DNA of 64,000 bases from Candidatus Levyibacteriota bacterium (GCA_963716145.1 OY970292.1:661171-725170), one strand, 5' to 3'. Counted from the stretch's first letter, positions 19,647 through 29,981 are shown. Numbers and translations: made by a program. Notes: generated from the letters alone by a model not told the origin.

Positions 19647-22600
19647 AGTCGCTCCAGGAGTGGTTGTGCTGATACCAACGTGGCCCCTTGGAAAATAGCT
19701 GCATAAGTAGTATCAGCCGTGTTGGCGGTAGTAGCGTCTACATATAGTCCGGTTACTGTGTTAGCCAGTGATCCTGCATCGGTGAATGAGATATGCTGAC
19801 CATAAAGAGTATTGGCATTGGTTGTTTGACTATTGGTAATTGCCAGTTTATTACCATAGTATGTTTGAGATGCTGCAGTACCGGCAATAGTATATGTTCC
19901 CAAAAGTCCATAGGCACCTGAAGTTGTGAGGTTATTTGTGCTCAAAGAGAGCCCACCGGTACTTGGAGTCTGAAGATCTGCAAACACACTGCCATCGGTC
20001 TGGGTCAAACGGAGTTGAGGATTTGAAGCATCCAGGACATCAAGCTTCCGGTCAGGCCCAGTGGTCCCGATGCCCACGTTGCCGTTTGAGAGTATGGTCA
20101 TTCTTGTATTAAATCCATCTGCTGCCCTGGTATTAAAAAGTAAATCTCCATAATTATTGGCTAGATCAATCATCTTACCTACGATGCTTGCCGCTGTAAC
20201 TCCAGCCTCCTGAAACCGCAAGCTGGCATATCCATTTGCCGATCCTGCTGCTTGATCAATCTCCAAAGCAGCTGTTGTAGATTCGCCAAGATTGGAAGTC
20301 GCTCCGGATGTATTAGTTGATCGGACCGCTGTAGTGCCTAAAGCATTGACTGTAAAGCGATTGGAGCTAGATTCCTGAAGAGTTATTAAATTAGAGCCTG
20401 TGCTTGATAACGTATTGGTTATATTAAGTTTTATGGCGGAAGGATTGGCTGAACTGACATTCCATGTTCCCGAAAGATCAAGTAGAGGCTGGGTATTTGC
20501 TGAGCCGGTTAAAGAGTAACCAGATACAGTGATTCCTGTTTGATTAGCAGTAGATTGGACCAAATGTAAAAGGCTGGTTGGATTAGTAATCCCAATCCCC
20601 ACGTTGCCCGCAGAGTTTATGCGCATACGCTCGTTGGTGTGGCCATTGGTAGCAAACATAATTGGTGCGTTCGCTCTTGTGATAATCCCAAGGCCTCCCG
20701 ATAAGCCGCTGTCTGCGGAAAGATACCCGGCATCCTGGACAAATACTCCGGTTGTGGTAAATCCTGTACCGAGTGCACCAATGCGAAGTGAGTCTGTTAC
20801 TGTAGTGCCATTTCTGACTTGAAAGACAGCTTGAGCACCTGTACCTGCACTTACATTTTCGATAACACCAGACGTAGCAGTATTCTGATCCAGCTTAACG
20901 TGGAGCAACTCGGCTGGCGCTGTTGTCCCAATACCCACATTACCTGAGGAGTTGATGCGCAGTGATTCCACTCCTCCGTTTGCAAACGCTATAGTTGACG
21001 CAGCTGGTCTCCACATACCGGTTGTAAGGTCCGAGGTCCAGGCATAGGAAGGAGCAGTTACCGTATCTGATGCTTGACCCAAGAATTGAGTATCAGTATC
21101 TATGCTTGTTGTTGCTTTAATGTTTCCTACAATATGAAGTTTATTTGTAGGGTTGGTGATGCCAATCCCCACGTTGCCATTAGCCAGGATAGTTAATTTC
21201 TCAGTAGGTGCGTTATCCGCAGTACCTGATCCTCCTGCTGTGGCTGTAAAGAAATGAAGAGCAGATGAGCCTGTGCCCGTGGAGGTACCTGATTTGAGGG
21301 TCAAATCTCCACCGGCCAGGTTGGCTGTACCTGCTATTGCTCCACCTGATGAGATGGTAAATCCCTGTCCTGCGGTAGCAGCAGTGGTATTCCTATCCAT
21401 ACCAAATGTTCTCGCTGCGGTACCGCCCAGAGCAAGTATCGAGCCTGGCGCAGTCGTCCCAATCCCCACGTTGCCATTAGCCAGAATCCTCATAACTTCA
21501 CTGTAGGCTCCTCCTGCAGCCCGGAGCTGAAATGCAAAATTGGAGTCTGCAGAGCCATTGGTCGGTTGAATCAGGTTGAGTACGCCTATCGCGTTATTAC
21601 TTCCGTTATCATTTGATGCCTGTAGCCGCAGACTACTAATAGCTCCGTTACTACCGCCATTGGCTTTGTTGTAAAAGAATGAGGTACCCGTTGTTATGGC
21701 AGTGGTACTATACGCAGTCGCGTCTGCGGTATCAATTTCCAATTTAGACGCCGGAGCCGTGGTCCCGATGCCCACATTACCTCCTTGGAAAAGGGCTGAG
21801 TAAAAGGTAGTATTGGCGAGTGTCCCGGGATCAGCGATATTAAGACCTACCCAGGTACATGCTCCCCCGGTACAGGCTGTTTTGGTAGGTATTGCAATAT
21901 TGAGGGCATTGATCGCTTTTGTGCCGGTTGCACCGGAGGTGCTTATAGTTGAGGCAATGTTAATACCATTTACTATGCTGTTTCCACTTGTATTTGAGGC
22001 GCCATCAATGACAGACAAATTAACAAGGCTTCCCGTATTACCTGCACCAGGATCATATGTTCCTGTATTTGCGATGTTTAATAAGCTGCCTGTTGTGATA
22101 CCTGTTTTGGTAGAGGTAATATTGACGGCTTTACCGCTTGTTAAGGCATTGGTTTCAATATTCAAGAAGTTGCCCGTGGTCAACGAAGTAGATTGCAGGT
22201 CCAAGACACCAAGCGTATTGGCTCCATTGCCGATCGTTGTTGCCGAATTGTTGGTGAGACTCAATGTCGCTGCAGTATTTGAGCTACCAATCAAATCCAA
22301 AAGCCCGCCGGGCGCAGTCGTGCCAATGCCTACGTTGCCAGAGAAATATTTATCACCTGCGCCCAGTGACTGATTGGCGAGACTGACAATACCAGGTACG
22401 GTTGCAGAAGCTACCTCCAGATTGCGGCTTGAGGATTCGGTAAATACTAGATCGCTCCAACGGACATTATTATCAGCGGCACCATGATAATTAACTAGAA
22501 ACAGTAATTTTACATACGCTGTACCATAAGAGAATAAGCTAGCTGTACCTACACCCGCAGTATCAAGACTACCAATATAACCTTCATAGCGAGTCCATGC

Positions 22601-23635
22601 ATTTGGCACCGTAGTATTCGCGGTCGTAATATATTTATAAGTACCACCCGACTGATTGTTCCTCACTGCTGTACCGGCAGCAATGGTAGGACCAGCCCAC
22701 GGAACACGCAACGTAATGACATTACCGCTAATGCCGGTAGTATCCCAAGCCCCAAGGCTGCCGTTACTGCTATAGTTACTCGAGTAAGTACGCGAATAAG
22801 TATAGTTTGGATAAGTATATCCTTTAGCATTTGTATACCCATACCAGATAAAATTACGAGTATGACCAGTACCACTGGTACTCCAGCCTGTTGCGTCTGT
22901 CAGGGTTATGGTGTTATCTCCAGGGTTGAGTTGAGCAGCCAGGGTTGTATCAGTTGAGCCGCTATACTTCAAATATGATTCTGGAGCAATTGAATTACCA
23001 TCAATATCATATTGTGCTACGCCAAGATATTGTTTGTTGGCTGCATTGAAGTTGGCCCCGCCGGTATCTCCAGACTTCCCCCAGCCAATCAAACGATAAT
23101 ACTTCTCAGGATCTACAGGTATGAGTTCATCGTTGAGTCTTGCTTGTTGACTAACATTGACCCGGAATGATCCTGCACCTCCATGTGTTTCCACAGAATC
23201 AAAGGTAAAGGTCGAGAAGTTATAGTTATTAAGAAGCAGTCCTGACCCGTTGGTAATAAGGTTTTCCGTACGGGACTGGACATAGTTGGTGGTCGCCAGT
23301 AGGTTAGTCCCCACGCCGGCCGCGCCGCCGGCAGTTGTAGTAGCCGCACCGGAAAAGTTGGCTGTACCGCTTACATCCAGTTTGTAGACCGGAGCAGTCG
23401 TCCCAATCCCCACATTCCCATTAGCCAAGACTGTAAGTGCCTCAACTCCTGCTGCTGAAACATGGAAAGGCTTGAGAGTTGAACTGGCTGCTGTTGTTAG
23501 ATTCAACAGATAGCCTGTTCCGCTGTTGGAAGCTGTGTCTGTCAGGTTAAATAGATTGGTTGTAGATGTAGCATTTCCGTAGGTAAAAGTTGTACTGAAG
23601 CTCGTTCCGACGCTTTGGTACATGTTGAAAGCCAA
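19490..23635 (-). CDS. Giant repeat protein (1381 aa), central part; >12 GNVGIGTT[AG]P / GNVGIGITNP repeats
   Basis: Highly regular ~45-aa repeat. No signal peptide; starts 18 nt after the stop of the signal-peptide-bearing ORF 23653-24798. Confidence 0.65.
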   Translation of the reverse strand: MAFNMYQSVGTSFSTTFTYGNATSTTNLFNLTDTASNSGTGYLLNLTTAASSTLKPFHVSAAGVEALTVLANGNVGIGTTAPVYKLDVSGTANFSGAATTTAGGAAGVGTNLLATTNYVQSRTENLITNGSGLLLNNYNFSTFTFDSVETHGGAGSFRVNVSQQARLNDELIPVDPEKYYRLIGWGKSGDTGGANFNAANKQYLGVAQYDIDGNSIAPESYLKYSGSTDTTLAAQLNPGDNTITLTDATGWSTSGTGHTRNFIWYGYTNAKGYTYPNYTYSRTYSSNYSSNGSLGAWDTTGISGNVITLRVPWAGPTIAAGTAVRNNQSGGTYKYITTANTTVPNAWTRYEGYIGSLDTAGVGTASLFSYGTAYVKLLFLVNYHGAADNNVRWSDLVFTESSSRNLEVASATVPGIVSLANQSLGAGDKYFSGNVGIGTTAPGGLLDLIGSSNTAATLSLTNNSATTIGNGANTLGVLDLQSTSLTTGNFLNIETNALTSGKAVNITSTKTGITTGSLLNIANTGTYDPGAGNTGSLVNLSVIDGASNTSGNSIVNGINIASTISTSGATGTKAINALNIAIPTKTACTGGACTWVGLNIADPGTLANTTFYSALFQGGNVGIGTTAPASKLEIDTADATAYSTTAITTGTSFFYNKANGGSNGAISSLRLQASNDNGSNNAIGVLNLIQPTNGSADSNFAFQLRAAGGAYSEVMRILANGNVGIGTTAPGSILALGGTAARTFGMDRNTTAATAGQGFTISSGGAIAGTANLAGGDLTLKSGTSTGTGSSALHFFTATAGGSGTADNAPTEKLTILANGNVGIGITNPTNKLHIVGNIKATTSIDTDTQFLGQASDTVTAPSYAWTSDLTTGMWRPAASTIAFANGGVESLRINSSGNVGIGTTAPAELLHVKLDQNTATSGVIENVSAGTGAQAVFQVRNGTTVTDSLRIGALGTGFTTTGVFVQDAGYLSADSGLSGGLGIITRANAPIMFATNGHTNERMRINSAGNVGIGITNPTSLLHLVQSTANQTGITVSGYSLTGSANTQPLLDLSGTWNVSSANPSAIKLNITNTLSSTGSNLITLQESSSNRFTVNALGTTAVRSTNTSGATSNLGESTTAALEIDQAAGSANGYASLRFQEAGVTAASIVGKMIDLANNYGDLLFNTRAADGFNTRMTILSNGNVGIGTTGPDRKLDVLDASNPQLRLTQTDGSVFADLQTPSTGGLSLSTNNLTTSGAYGLLGTYTIAGTAASQTYYGNKLAITNSQTTNANTLYGQHISFTDAGSLANTVTGLYVDATTANTADTTYAAIFQGATLVSAQPLLERLCQTTLLARMGVEYSRLILHLLHATQAFCLEAVLMLQMVLIYGIKPQPDNHS

Positions 23636-23652
23636 ATTCGCAGTTGGGGCAA

Positions 23653-24798
23653 TCAGCGATGACCAAGAACCCCACCACTAATACAACCTGAACACGATGC
23701 AACTGTCAGCGCACCTGCCTTTGACACCTTCCACGAACTTGCTGTTCCGACAATATCGTTTAAATTGCTACCAGAGGCGTTAGACAAGTTGAACTTAAGT
23801 CCGGTTTGATCCTGTACTCCTGTACCTGAAAGTGTAATCGATTGGCCGACAATCGCGCCCGTCAGAGCGGTTGAATCTGTAATTCCAAGTATGGTTCCAG
23901 TTGTTTGGGTTGAAGCCATAGTCTGTGCAACTGATGAGGTATTTGTCAGAAGGGTTCCGCCTGTTGGCAAGGTAACACTGGTAGTACCTGTTGTTGTCAA
24001 GGTCAAAGGATTGGTGCCTGATGTAGTGAATGCATCAGCAAATGAAACATTTTTGGCGGCAGTAAGCGTAAGCGTTTCCCCTCCCCCAAAGGTAATGACA
24101 TTATCAGCCAAGGTTGTTGAACCGTTTAAGGTCAGGGTTTTACCGTCAGTTCCGGTAATAGTCGCGCTGCTATTTGCTGTCAATGTTTTCCCGTTGGCAA
24201 TTGTCAAAGTGCCTGTTGTGTCAGTCACGGTTAAGCCATGAATCTTATCAGCATTAAAAGCATACGGAACAGCTGTGAATCTAACTCTTGGAGTCATTTC
24301 GCTAGCTTCCGTGCTTATCTTTATCCCCAGATACAAATTATCTGTATTGAAGTCAACACTTCCGGGAAGTGCGGTAACAGCACCTAAGGGCACTTGGAAA
24401 ATGCCGTCACCATTTGCTATGACCACAGAATCAGTTTCTGTCCAAATAGCTGTTCCTCCTGATGAAGCAGAGTAAAGAGAAAAAATAATCGAGTATGTTC
24501 CATTGGCGACATTAAGTCCGTTGGCATCAACAAGCTTTCCCTGAAAATTTATCTGCTTATTTATTCCAGCTGCTGCATTTGCGGGAGTAACTAAAAGCGA
24601 AAAGGTGATGACAGAAAATAAAAGCAATAATGCAATTGGCAAAAGGGGGCTGATGAAGTTTTTTGAAAAAAAATATTTAATCCCTATTTTTTTCTCTATC
24701 CGGATTGCAGGAATTATCCCGATCTTTAATCTTCTGGATTTTTGAGATTTGATTTCTTGTCCTGAGTTTTTCGAATGGATTGATATTTGATTTTTCAT
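23653..24798 (-). CDS. N-terminal, signal-anchor-bearing segment of the giant repeat protein (probably same gene as 19490-23635)
   Basis: N-terminal TM/signal ISPLLPIALLLLFSVITFSLLVTPANA; Thr/Gly-rich beta-strand repeats (TLTxxG...); ends 18 nt before the next ORF in another frame. Confidence 0.55.
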   Translation of the reverse strand: MKNQISIHSKNSGQEIKSQKSRRLKIGIIPAIRIEKKIGIKYFFSKNFISPLLPIALLLLFSVITFSLLVTPANAAAGINKQINFQGKLVDANGLNVANGTYSIIFSLYSASSGGTAIWTETDSVVIANGDGIFQVPLGAVTALPGSVDFNTDNLYLGIKISTEASEMTPRVRFTAVPYAFNADKIHGLTVTDTTGTLTIANGKTLTANSSATITGTDGKTLTLNGSTTLADNVITFGGGETLTLTAAKNVSFADAFTTSGTNPLTLTTTGTTSVTLPTGGTLLTNTSSVAQTMASTQTTGTILGITDSTALTGAIVGQSITLSGTGVQDQTGLKFNLSNASGSNLNDIVGTASSWKVSKAGALTVASCSGCISGGVLGHR

Positions 24799-24935
24799 GC
24801 TGAGAATACTAGTATTAATATGTGCCTCTGTTATTAATAATAGGAGAGCCTGAAAATACTAGTCAATAATTTGAAAACTTTGTATAAAATTGTATATTAT
24901 TGTTATAAATTGTATACTGTTTAGGAAACCAAAAT

Positions 24936-25223
24936 ATGAGTGAAAATAATCTTTTATCAGTCAAGCAAGTAGCCTTTATTTTGAAAGTTCATCCCTTGAC
25001 AATACGCCGTTATATTAACGACAAAAGACTAAAAGCTATTAAAGTCGGGGGCAATGTCCGGATAGATGAAAACGAGTTACAGAATTTTCACAAAGATATA
25101 AACCCATCAGATAAATCAAAAAACAGGATTTTTAAATCAACAAAACAAGCAGCCAAACAATTTGGTCCCGATGATCCCCTCTTTCATTTGATGGGCCGGG
25201 GTGCCAGTTTAAAATTAAGCTGA
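24936..25223 (+). CDS. Excisionase/MerR-type helix-turn-helix DNA-binding protein (putative antitoxin/regulator)
   Basis: ..LLSVKQVAFILKVHPLTIRRYINDKRLKAIKVGGNVRIDENEL.. (HTH_17-like). Confidence 0.55.
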   Translation: MSENNLLSVKQVAFILKVHPLTIRRYINDKRLKAIKVGGNVRIDENELQNFHKDINPSDKSKNRIFKSTKQAAKQFGPDDPLFHLMGRGASLKLS

Positions 25224-25245
25224 TAAGAGCTGAAAGGAAATAAAT

Positions 25246-25668
25246 ATGACTATTAGCAAAAAAGTATATATCGCATCCGATGGATTTGTTGCATTTATTG
25301 ATAGAGGTCACCCTAAGCATGTCAATGCGAGTGCGTATTTCCGCTATTTTTCTCAGGAAGGTTTTCAGCTTTATACCAGTTTTGTTACAATTAATGCTGC
25401 CTACGAGGAGCTTTACCAAAGTATTAGTCCTTCTATTGCCAAGGATTTTCTACGAGCCATGTACTTAAGCTCTATCAATGTAATTTACCCCGAACCATCT
25501 GATATAAAATCAGCCATAAAAACAGTTGCCACAAGCAGTTCTATTGAGTTGACCTTTTCCAAGTCTCTGATGTACGTACTTTGCAACAAAAGAAGCATTC
25601 CGCAGATTTACACCTTTGAATTTTTACATTCGCTTTTTGGATTACAGTCGTTTTATTTACCGGTATAA
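25246..25668 (+). CDS. PIN-like domain protein (putative toxin partner of the upstream HTH gene)
   Basis: N-terminal ..KKVYIASDGFVAFIDRGHPKH.. resembles the VapC consensus (..LLDTNVLIALL..PEH); size 140 aa; 22-nt gap to the HTH gene. Confidence 0.4.
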   Translation: MTISKKVYIASDGFVAFIDRGHPKHVNASAYFRYFSQEGFQLYTSFVTINAAYEELYQSISPSIAKDFLRAMYLSSINVIYPEPSDIKSAIKTVATSSSIELTFSKSLMYVLCNKRSIPQIYTFEFLHSLFGLQSFYLPV

Positions 25669-25732
25669 CATTGCTATGAATACTACCAATAACCCAATAA
25701 ACAAATACTACCAATCAATTACCAATGAGCAA

Positions 25733-26827
25733 ATGAAAAAGCCATTAAATTATTTTTTATTGATTTGTTTATTTGTAGTATTGGATTATTTGCTTATTTG
25801 CTTATTCTCGCCTATGGCGATTGCTGCTTCTCTACCCTCTTCTACCAACTACAAACTCCAAAACTACACTTTTGGCGCAGGCGGAGTAAAAGATGCCTCA
25901 TCGACCAATTTCAAACTTAATGGCATTGCAGGCGAAGTGGAGTTTGGCAGACCCTCATCGACCAATTTTAAGGCGGGCTCCGGCCTAACCTTCTTGATGA
26001 AATCAAATGTACCGGGTGCTCCTACTTTTACCAATCCATCATCCAATTACGACCGCTTACAATTCATTATCAATACGAGCAACAATCCAACAGATACGAC
26101 TTATGCTCTTCAAATCAGCACTGACAGCTCATTTGCAACCAATATCAATTATGTAAAAAGCGATAATACAATCGGCTCAACACTCATCCTCACTGACTTC
26201 AAAAGCTATACAGCTTGGGGAGGCGGAAGCGGTAACTATGTAACAGGGCTTGTACAAGGCACAACTTACTATTTGAGAGTCAAAGCCAGACAGGGAAACT
26301 ACACTGAAAGCGAGTATGGACCATCCGCTTCAGCAACTACCTCCAATGCATCCTTAACCTTTAGCGTTAATTCATCAACCCTTACTTTCAATAACCTCAA
26401 CGCAGGAAATTCTTTCACAGACAGCAGCAAAAGCACAATCCTGACTACTTCAACTAATGCGTATAATGGCTATGTTGTGAATGCCCGCGAGTCGGCTGTC
26501 CTGACTGCTGCCGGGTTTGGGACAATTGCCAATTATGCAGGCACCAACTCTGCTCCGACTACTTGGTCTGGAACAGGTTTTGGATATACGACAGATGACA
26601 GTAACTTGACAGGTGGAACAGCTGACAGATTTACCAATGGAGGACCGAAATACGCAGGCTTTACGACTTCCTCCCCCGGAGATCCTGTGGCTGATCACCC
26701 GGGGCCTATCCTGACAGCCATATCAAGTGAGGTCTTTAATATCGGTTACCGGGTAACTGTGAGCAATACACAACCCGCAGCCAAATACACAAATACAGTT
26801 TTATATATCGTAGTGCCGAGTTATTAA
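25733..26827 (+). CDS. Secreted surface protein, WxL-domain-like (paralog of 27910-29040)
   Basis: Signal peptide MKKPLNYFLLICLFVVL..AIAA; Thr/Ser/Gly-rich beta-rich body; C-terminus ..GYRVTVSNTQPAAKYTNTVLYIVVPSY parallels ..GWELQVNGVQPPGAYTGTVILIATPTY in the paralog. Confidence 0.45.
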   Translation: MKKPLNYFLLICLFVVLDYLLICLFSPMAIAASLPSSTNYKLQNYTFGAGGVKDASSTNFKLNGIAGEVEFGRPSSTNFKAGSGLTFLMKSNVPGAPTFTNPSSNYDRLQFIINTSNNPTDTTYALQISTDSSFATNINYVKSDNTIGSTLILTDFKSYTAWGGGSGNYVTGLVQGTTYYLRVKARQGNYTESEYGPSASATTSNASLTFSVNSSTLTFNNLNAGNSFTDSSKSTILTTSTNAYNGYVVNARESAVLTAAGFGTIANYAGTNSAPTTWSGTGFGYTTDDSNLTGGTADRFTNGGPKYAGFTTSSPGDPVADHPGPILTAISSEVFNIGYRVTVSNTQPAAKYTNTVLYIVVPSY

Positions 26828-26841
26828 AAATCAAAATAATT

Positions 26842-27813
26842 ATGAGTAGCAAATTTAATATATCAATATACAAATTAATATCTCGATATGTATCACTTAT
26901 GGCTTTTTTATTGGCCTTTCTGTTTTCTGTTTTCTGTTTTCTGTTTAATCCTCCATCAGTTCATGCTTCGCCTCAAGGATTGAGTATAAGTCCTATTATT
27001 ATTAATGTTCCTCTTTCTCCGGGTAAGGTTTATAACTATGAAATAACTATTGAAAATTTAACAGATTCACCTCTTCCGCTTAAGACAAACCTTAATGATT
27101 TTCAGACAACCGGTGAAGAAGGAGGCTATATTTTTGAAGATAGCAAAAGTAATCCTTTACTTTCCTGGATCAAACTAAGCAATACTGATTTTATTTTGGA
27201 GGCTGACCAGAAAAAAACTATTCTTCTAACGATCACTACTCCCAACACTGTCCCACTTGGGGGCTACTATGGAATGCTATTTTTTGAGCCGGTCTTACAA
27301 ACAACCGATGCTAATTCTTCGCGTGTCGCATCAAAAATAGGCGTTTTGCTTCTTGCCAATATCGGCGTTGGTGATAAGAATGCCAAGAAGGCTGAGGTCC
27401 CGACTTTCACAACCGGATTTTTTCATCAAGAAAGTAAAATCCCAATTCTTCTCAGAGTAAAAAATATATCACTGCATTATTTTACAGCCAAGCCGATTTT
27501 GACGGTCTCTCCTCTCTTGAGTTTTTCAAAGGCCGATCAAAAACCAATCTATCTTGAAGAAAAGATTGTTTTTCAGGGCAAAATTAGAAGGTGGGAACAA
27601 ATGATTGACTTACCAGATCTCAAACCAAATATATATAAGGCCCATATGGCAGTCTCTTCCGGAAATGGTGAGCATATAGATGCTGATAGGTATTTTGTTA
27701 TTTTGCCATTTGGAAAACCTATTTTAGTCATTCTTTCTGTAGTTATAGTTCTATTTCTTATTAGGAAAAGAAAAAGATTAAAAAAAGCATTTCGTGCCCT
27801 ACTTACTGCCTAA
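26842..27813 (+). CDS. Cell-surface protein with N-terminal signal peptide and C-terminal TM anchor plus basic tail (DUF916-like)
   Basis: ..ASPQGLSISPIIINVPLSPGKVYNYEITIENLTDSPLPLKTNLNDF.. ; C-terminal ILVILSVVIVLFLIRKRKRLKK; paralog of 29040-29981. Confidence 0.5.
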   Translation: MSSKFNISIYKLISRYVSLMAFLLAFLFSVFCFLFNPPSVHASPQGLSISPIIINVPLSPGKVYNYEITIENLTDSPLPLKTNLNDFQTTGEEGGYIFEDSKSNPLLSWIKLSNTDFILEADQKKTILLTITTPNTVPLGGYYGMLFFEPVLQTTDANSSRVASKIGVLLLANIGVGDKNAKKAEVPTFTTGFFHQESKIPILLRVKNISLHYFTAKPILTVSPLLSFSKADQKPIYLEEKIVFQGKIRRWEQMIDLPDLKPNIYKAHMAVSSGNGEHIDADRYFVILPFGKPILVILSVVIVLFLIRKRKRLKKAFRALLTA

Positions 27814-27909
27814 CTATGTTGCAATTTGCAATATATAGACTTATTCAAGGCTTCAAAACTGTATTTTACGCATTGACATTGCGTAAAGATACAAACTATT
27901 ATTAATATA

Positions 27910-29040
27910 ATGTTAACTCTACAAAAATATCACCCTAAGCACAAAATTGTAGTAGCTCTTCTATTGGCTGTTTTGCTTACTCTTCCACCTCTGGCCAATA
28001 TTTTTATAGGCCGGGCATATGCCGGAGTACTTAGCAGTTACAAGGTTCAGATCAATAATTCACAAGCTGCTGCAAGTGCTGTTACTTACAGCTTCTTCTG
28101 GACAACATCAGCAACAACTTCTATTAAGCAGATTGATATTCAGGTATGTACAACAGCGTCAGGTGCTTGTAGTGCTCCATCTGGTTTCTCATCAGGTACT
28201 CCAACTCTGGCAAGTGATAACATCGCAGGAACAGGTAGGACAACCAGTGCTCCAACTGCAAATGCATTCCGTGTGGTTGTGACAACTCCTGCTTCTCAGG
28301 CAACTCAAGCAATGTTTCTTAACTTCACAGGTATCACCAATCCTTCAGGCATTAATTCAACCTACTATGTAAGATCAACAACTTACTCAGATACTGGTAG
28401 TACAATCATTGATGGAACAACTGTTGCGGCTTTTGCAGTGCTTGATACAACCTCAATTGCTGTTTCAGCAAGTGTTGATCCAACCTTTAGTTTCAGCGTT
28501 GCCGGAGTCTCAACAGGTGGTAACTTTAATGGAGGAACTGGAAATATTAACGTAACCTCAACCGCAACAACTATTCCTTTTGGAACAGTGGTGGTAGGTA
28601 CTCCAAAAATCGCATCGCATGATGTTACTCTATCAACAAATGCCTTGAGTGGATATACCGTCACTGCATCAACCTCCGCAACAATTAGTGGTAACCCGCC
28701 TCTTGTTTCAGGAGCTGTCAACAACATTGATACATTTACAGGGACAAATGCAACACCTACTACCTGGTCTGCTCCGGCAGGTACTGTCGCCAGTGTCAAT
28801 ACCGGCTTTTTCGGTTACTCAACAGAGGACTCTGCATTGTGTACCGGAACTGCTAACCGCTTTACATCAGGTGGTGCCAAATGGGCCGGTCCTACAACCA
28901 CAGGCGCGGAGATTACCTGTAATGCCACAGGAATCAGCACTATCACAACGCGACTTGGCTGGGAACTTCAGGTAAACGGAGTTCAGCCCCCGGGAGCCTA
29001 TACTGGAACAGTTATACTTATAGCAACCCCGACTTACTAA
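27910..29040 (+). CDS. Secreted surface protein, WxL-domain-like (paralog of 25733-26827)
   Basis: Signal peptide; ..TTWSAPAGT.. and C-terminal ..LGWELQVNGVQPPGAYTGTVILIATPTY resembling the second WxL motif and terminal YTGTLTWTL-type ending of Firmicutes WxL proteins. Confidence 0.45.
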   Translation: MLTLQKYHPKHKIVVALLLAVLLTLPPLANIFIGRAYAGVLSSYKVQINNSQAAASAVTYSFFWTTSATTSIKQIDIQVCTTASGACSAPSGFSSGTPTLASDNIAGTGRTTSAPTANAFRVVVTTPASQATQAMFLNFTGITNPSGINSTYYVRSTTYSDTGSTIIDGTTVAAFAVLDTTSIAVSASVDPTFSFSVAGVSTGGNFNGGTGNINVTSTATTIPFGTVVVGTPKIASHDVTLSTNALSGYTVTASTSATISGNPPLVSGAVNNIDTFTGTNATPTTWSAPAGTVASVNTGFFGYSTEDSALCTGTANRFTSGGAKWAGPTTTGAEITCNATGISTITTRLGWELQVNGVQPPGAYTGTVILIATPTY

Positions 29041-29981
29041 TGATGAATCATCCAAATCGAAATAAAAAACCAATAAAAAAGGTTATACTACCCCTTTTTC
29101 TACTCCTGATCGTTGTTGCAGTAGCTTTTAGCTATAAAGAGTTTGTTACAGCTCAAGGTGCCGGACAAGGACTTGAAGTTTCTCCCCCATCTCAGGAAAT
29201 AACTATTGATCCAGGCAAAACTACAACCGTTAAAGCAAAGCTTCGCAATAGAAGCAATAACACTCTTCCTATAAAAGTTCATATTGAAGACTTTACAGCC
29301 AAAGGGGAAGAAGGACAAGTCGAGCTTAACGCAACAAGCCCTTACAGTATTGCTTCCTGGACTACGGTTTCTCCGGAGAGCTTTCAGCTTGCTCCAGGCG
29401 ACGAGCAAGAAGTAACTGCTACGATTAAGGCTCCGCAGGATGCGGCTGGAGGACACTTTGGGTCGTTTGTTTTTGGAGTTGAAGTAGAAAAACCACAAGG
29501 CAGCAATATAGCAGCTTTGTCCCAGGAAATAGCCTCCCTATTCTTGGTCCGTGTAACAGGTCCAGTTAGTGAAAAACTGGATATAAAATCCTTTTCCGCA
29601 CCAAGTTATTCTGAATTTGGACCTATTCCTTTTAAAATAAAGTTTGCAAACAGCGGAAATGTTTATGTTAAGACATTTGGACTTATTAATGTAACAGACA
29701 TGTTTGGAAAAAAGGTTGCGGACATTGTAGTTCCGGGAGTCAACATATTCCCCGATGCAAATAGGATCGTGGAATCTCAACTCAAAAACAGATTCCTTTT
29801 TGGTAAATATACCGCAACCGCCCTTATGTATTATGGTTCCGTTCAAAGCCAAAGTTTGAATGCCACAACCACTTTTATTGTCTTCCCAACTAGAATTGTT
29901 ATTGCTCTAATAGTTATAATTTTCATCCTCTTCATGCTTCGCAAGAGGCTTAAAAAATCACTTAAAGCGTTGATGGGATAA
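29040..29981 (+). CDS. Cell-surface protein, signal peptide plus C-terminal TM anchor/basic tail (DUF916-like; paralog of 26842-27813)
   Basis: ..AQGAGQGLEVSPPSQEITIDPGKTTTVKAKLRNRSNNTLPIKVHIEDF.. ; C-terminal IVIALIVIIFILFMLRKRLKK. Confidence 0.5.
   Translation: MMNHPNRNKKPIKKVILPLFLLLIVVAVAFSYKEFVTAQGAGQGLEVSPPSQEITIDPGKTTTVKAKLRNRSNNTLPIKVHIEDFTAKGEEGQVELNATSPYSIASWTTVSPESFQLAPGDEQEVTATIKAPQDAAGGHFGSFVFGVEVEKPQGSNIAALSQEIASLFLVRVTGPVSEKLDIKSFSAPSYSEFGPIPFKIKFANSGNVYVKTFGLINVTDMFGKKVADIVVPGVNIFPDANRIVESQLKNRFLFGKYTATALMYYGSVQSQSLNATTTFIVFPTRIVIALIVIIFILFMLRKRLKKSLKALMG

Noticed and set aside
17335-22373. Plus-strand ORFs inside the minus-strand giant-repeat genes (17335-17646, 19279-19698, 20604-20822, 21273-21506, 21813-22373), and minus-strand ORFs inside 3-3876 (e.g. 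425-721, 1547-1870, 3354-3857).
   Set aside because: They repeatedly contain ..GAVVPIPTLP.., the reverse-complement translation of GNVGIGTTAP, so they are antisense shadows of the real repeat genes.
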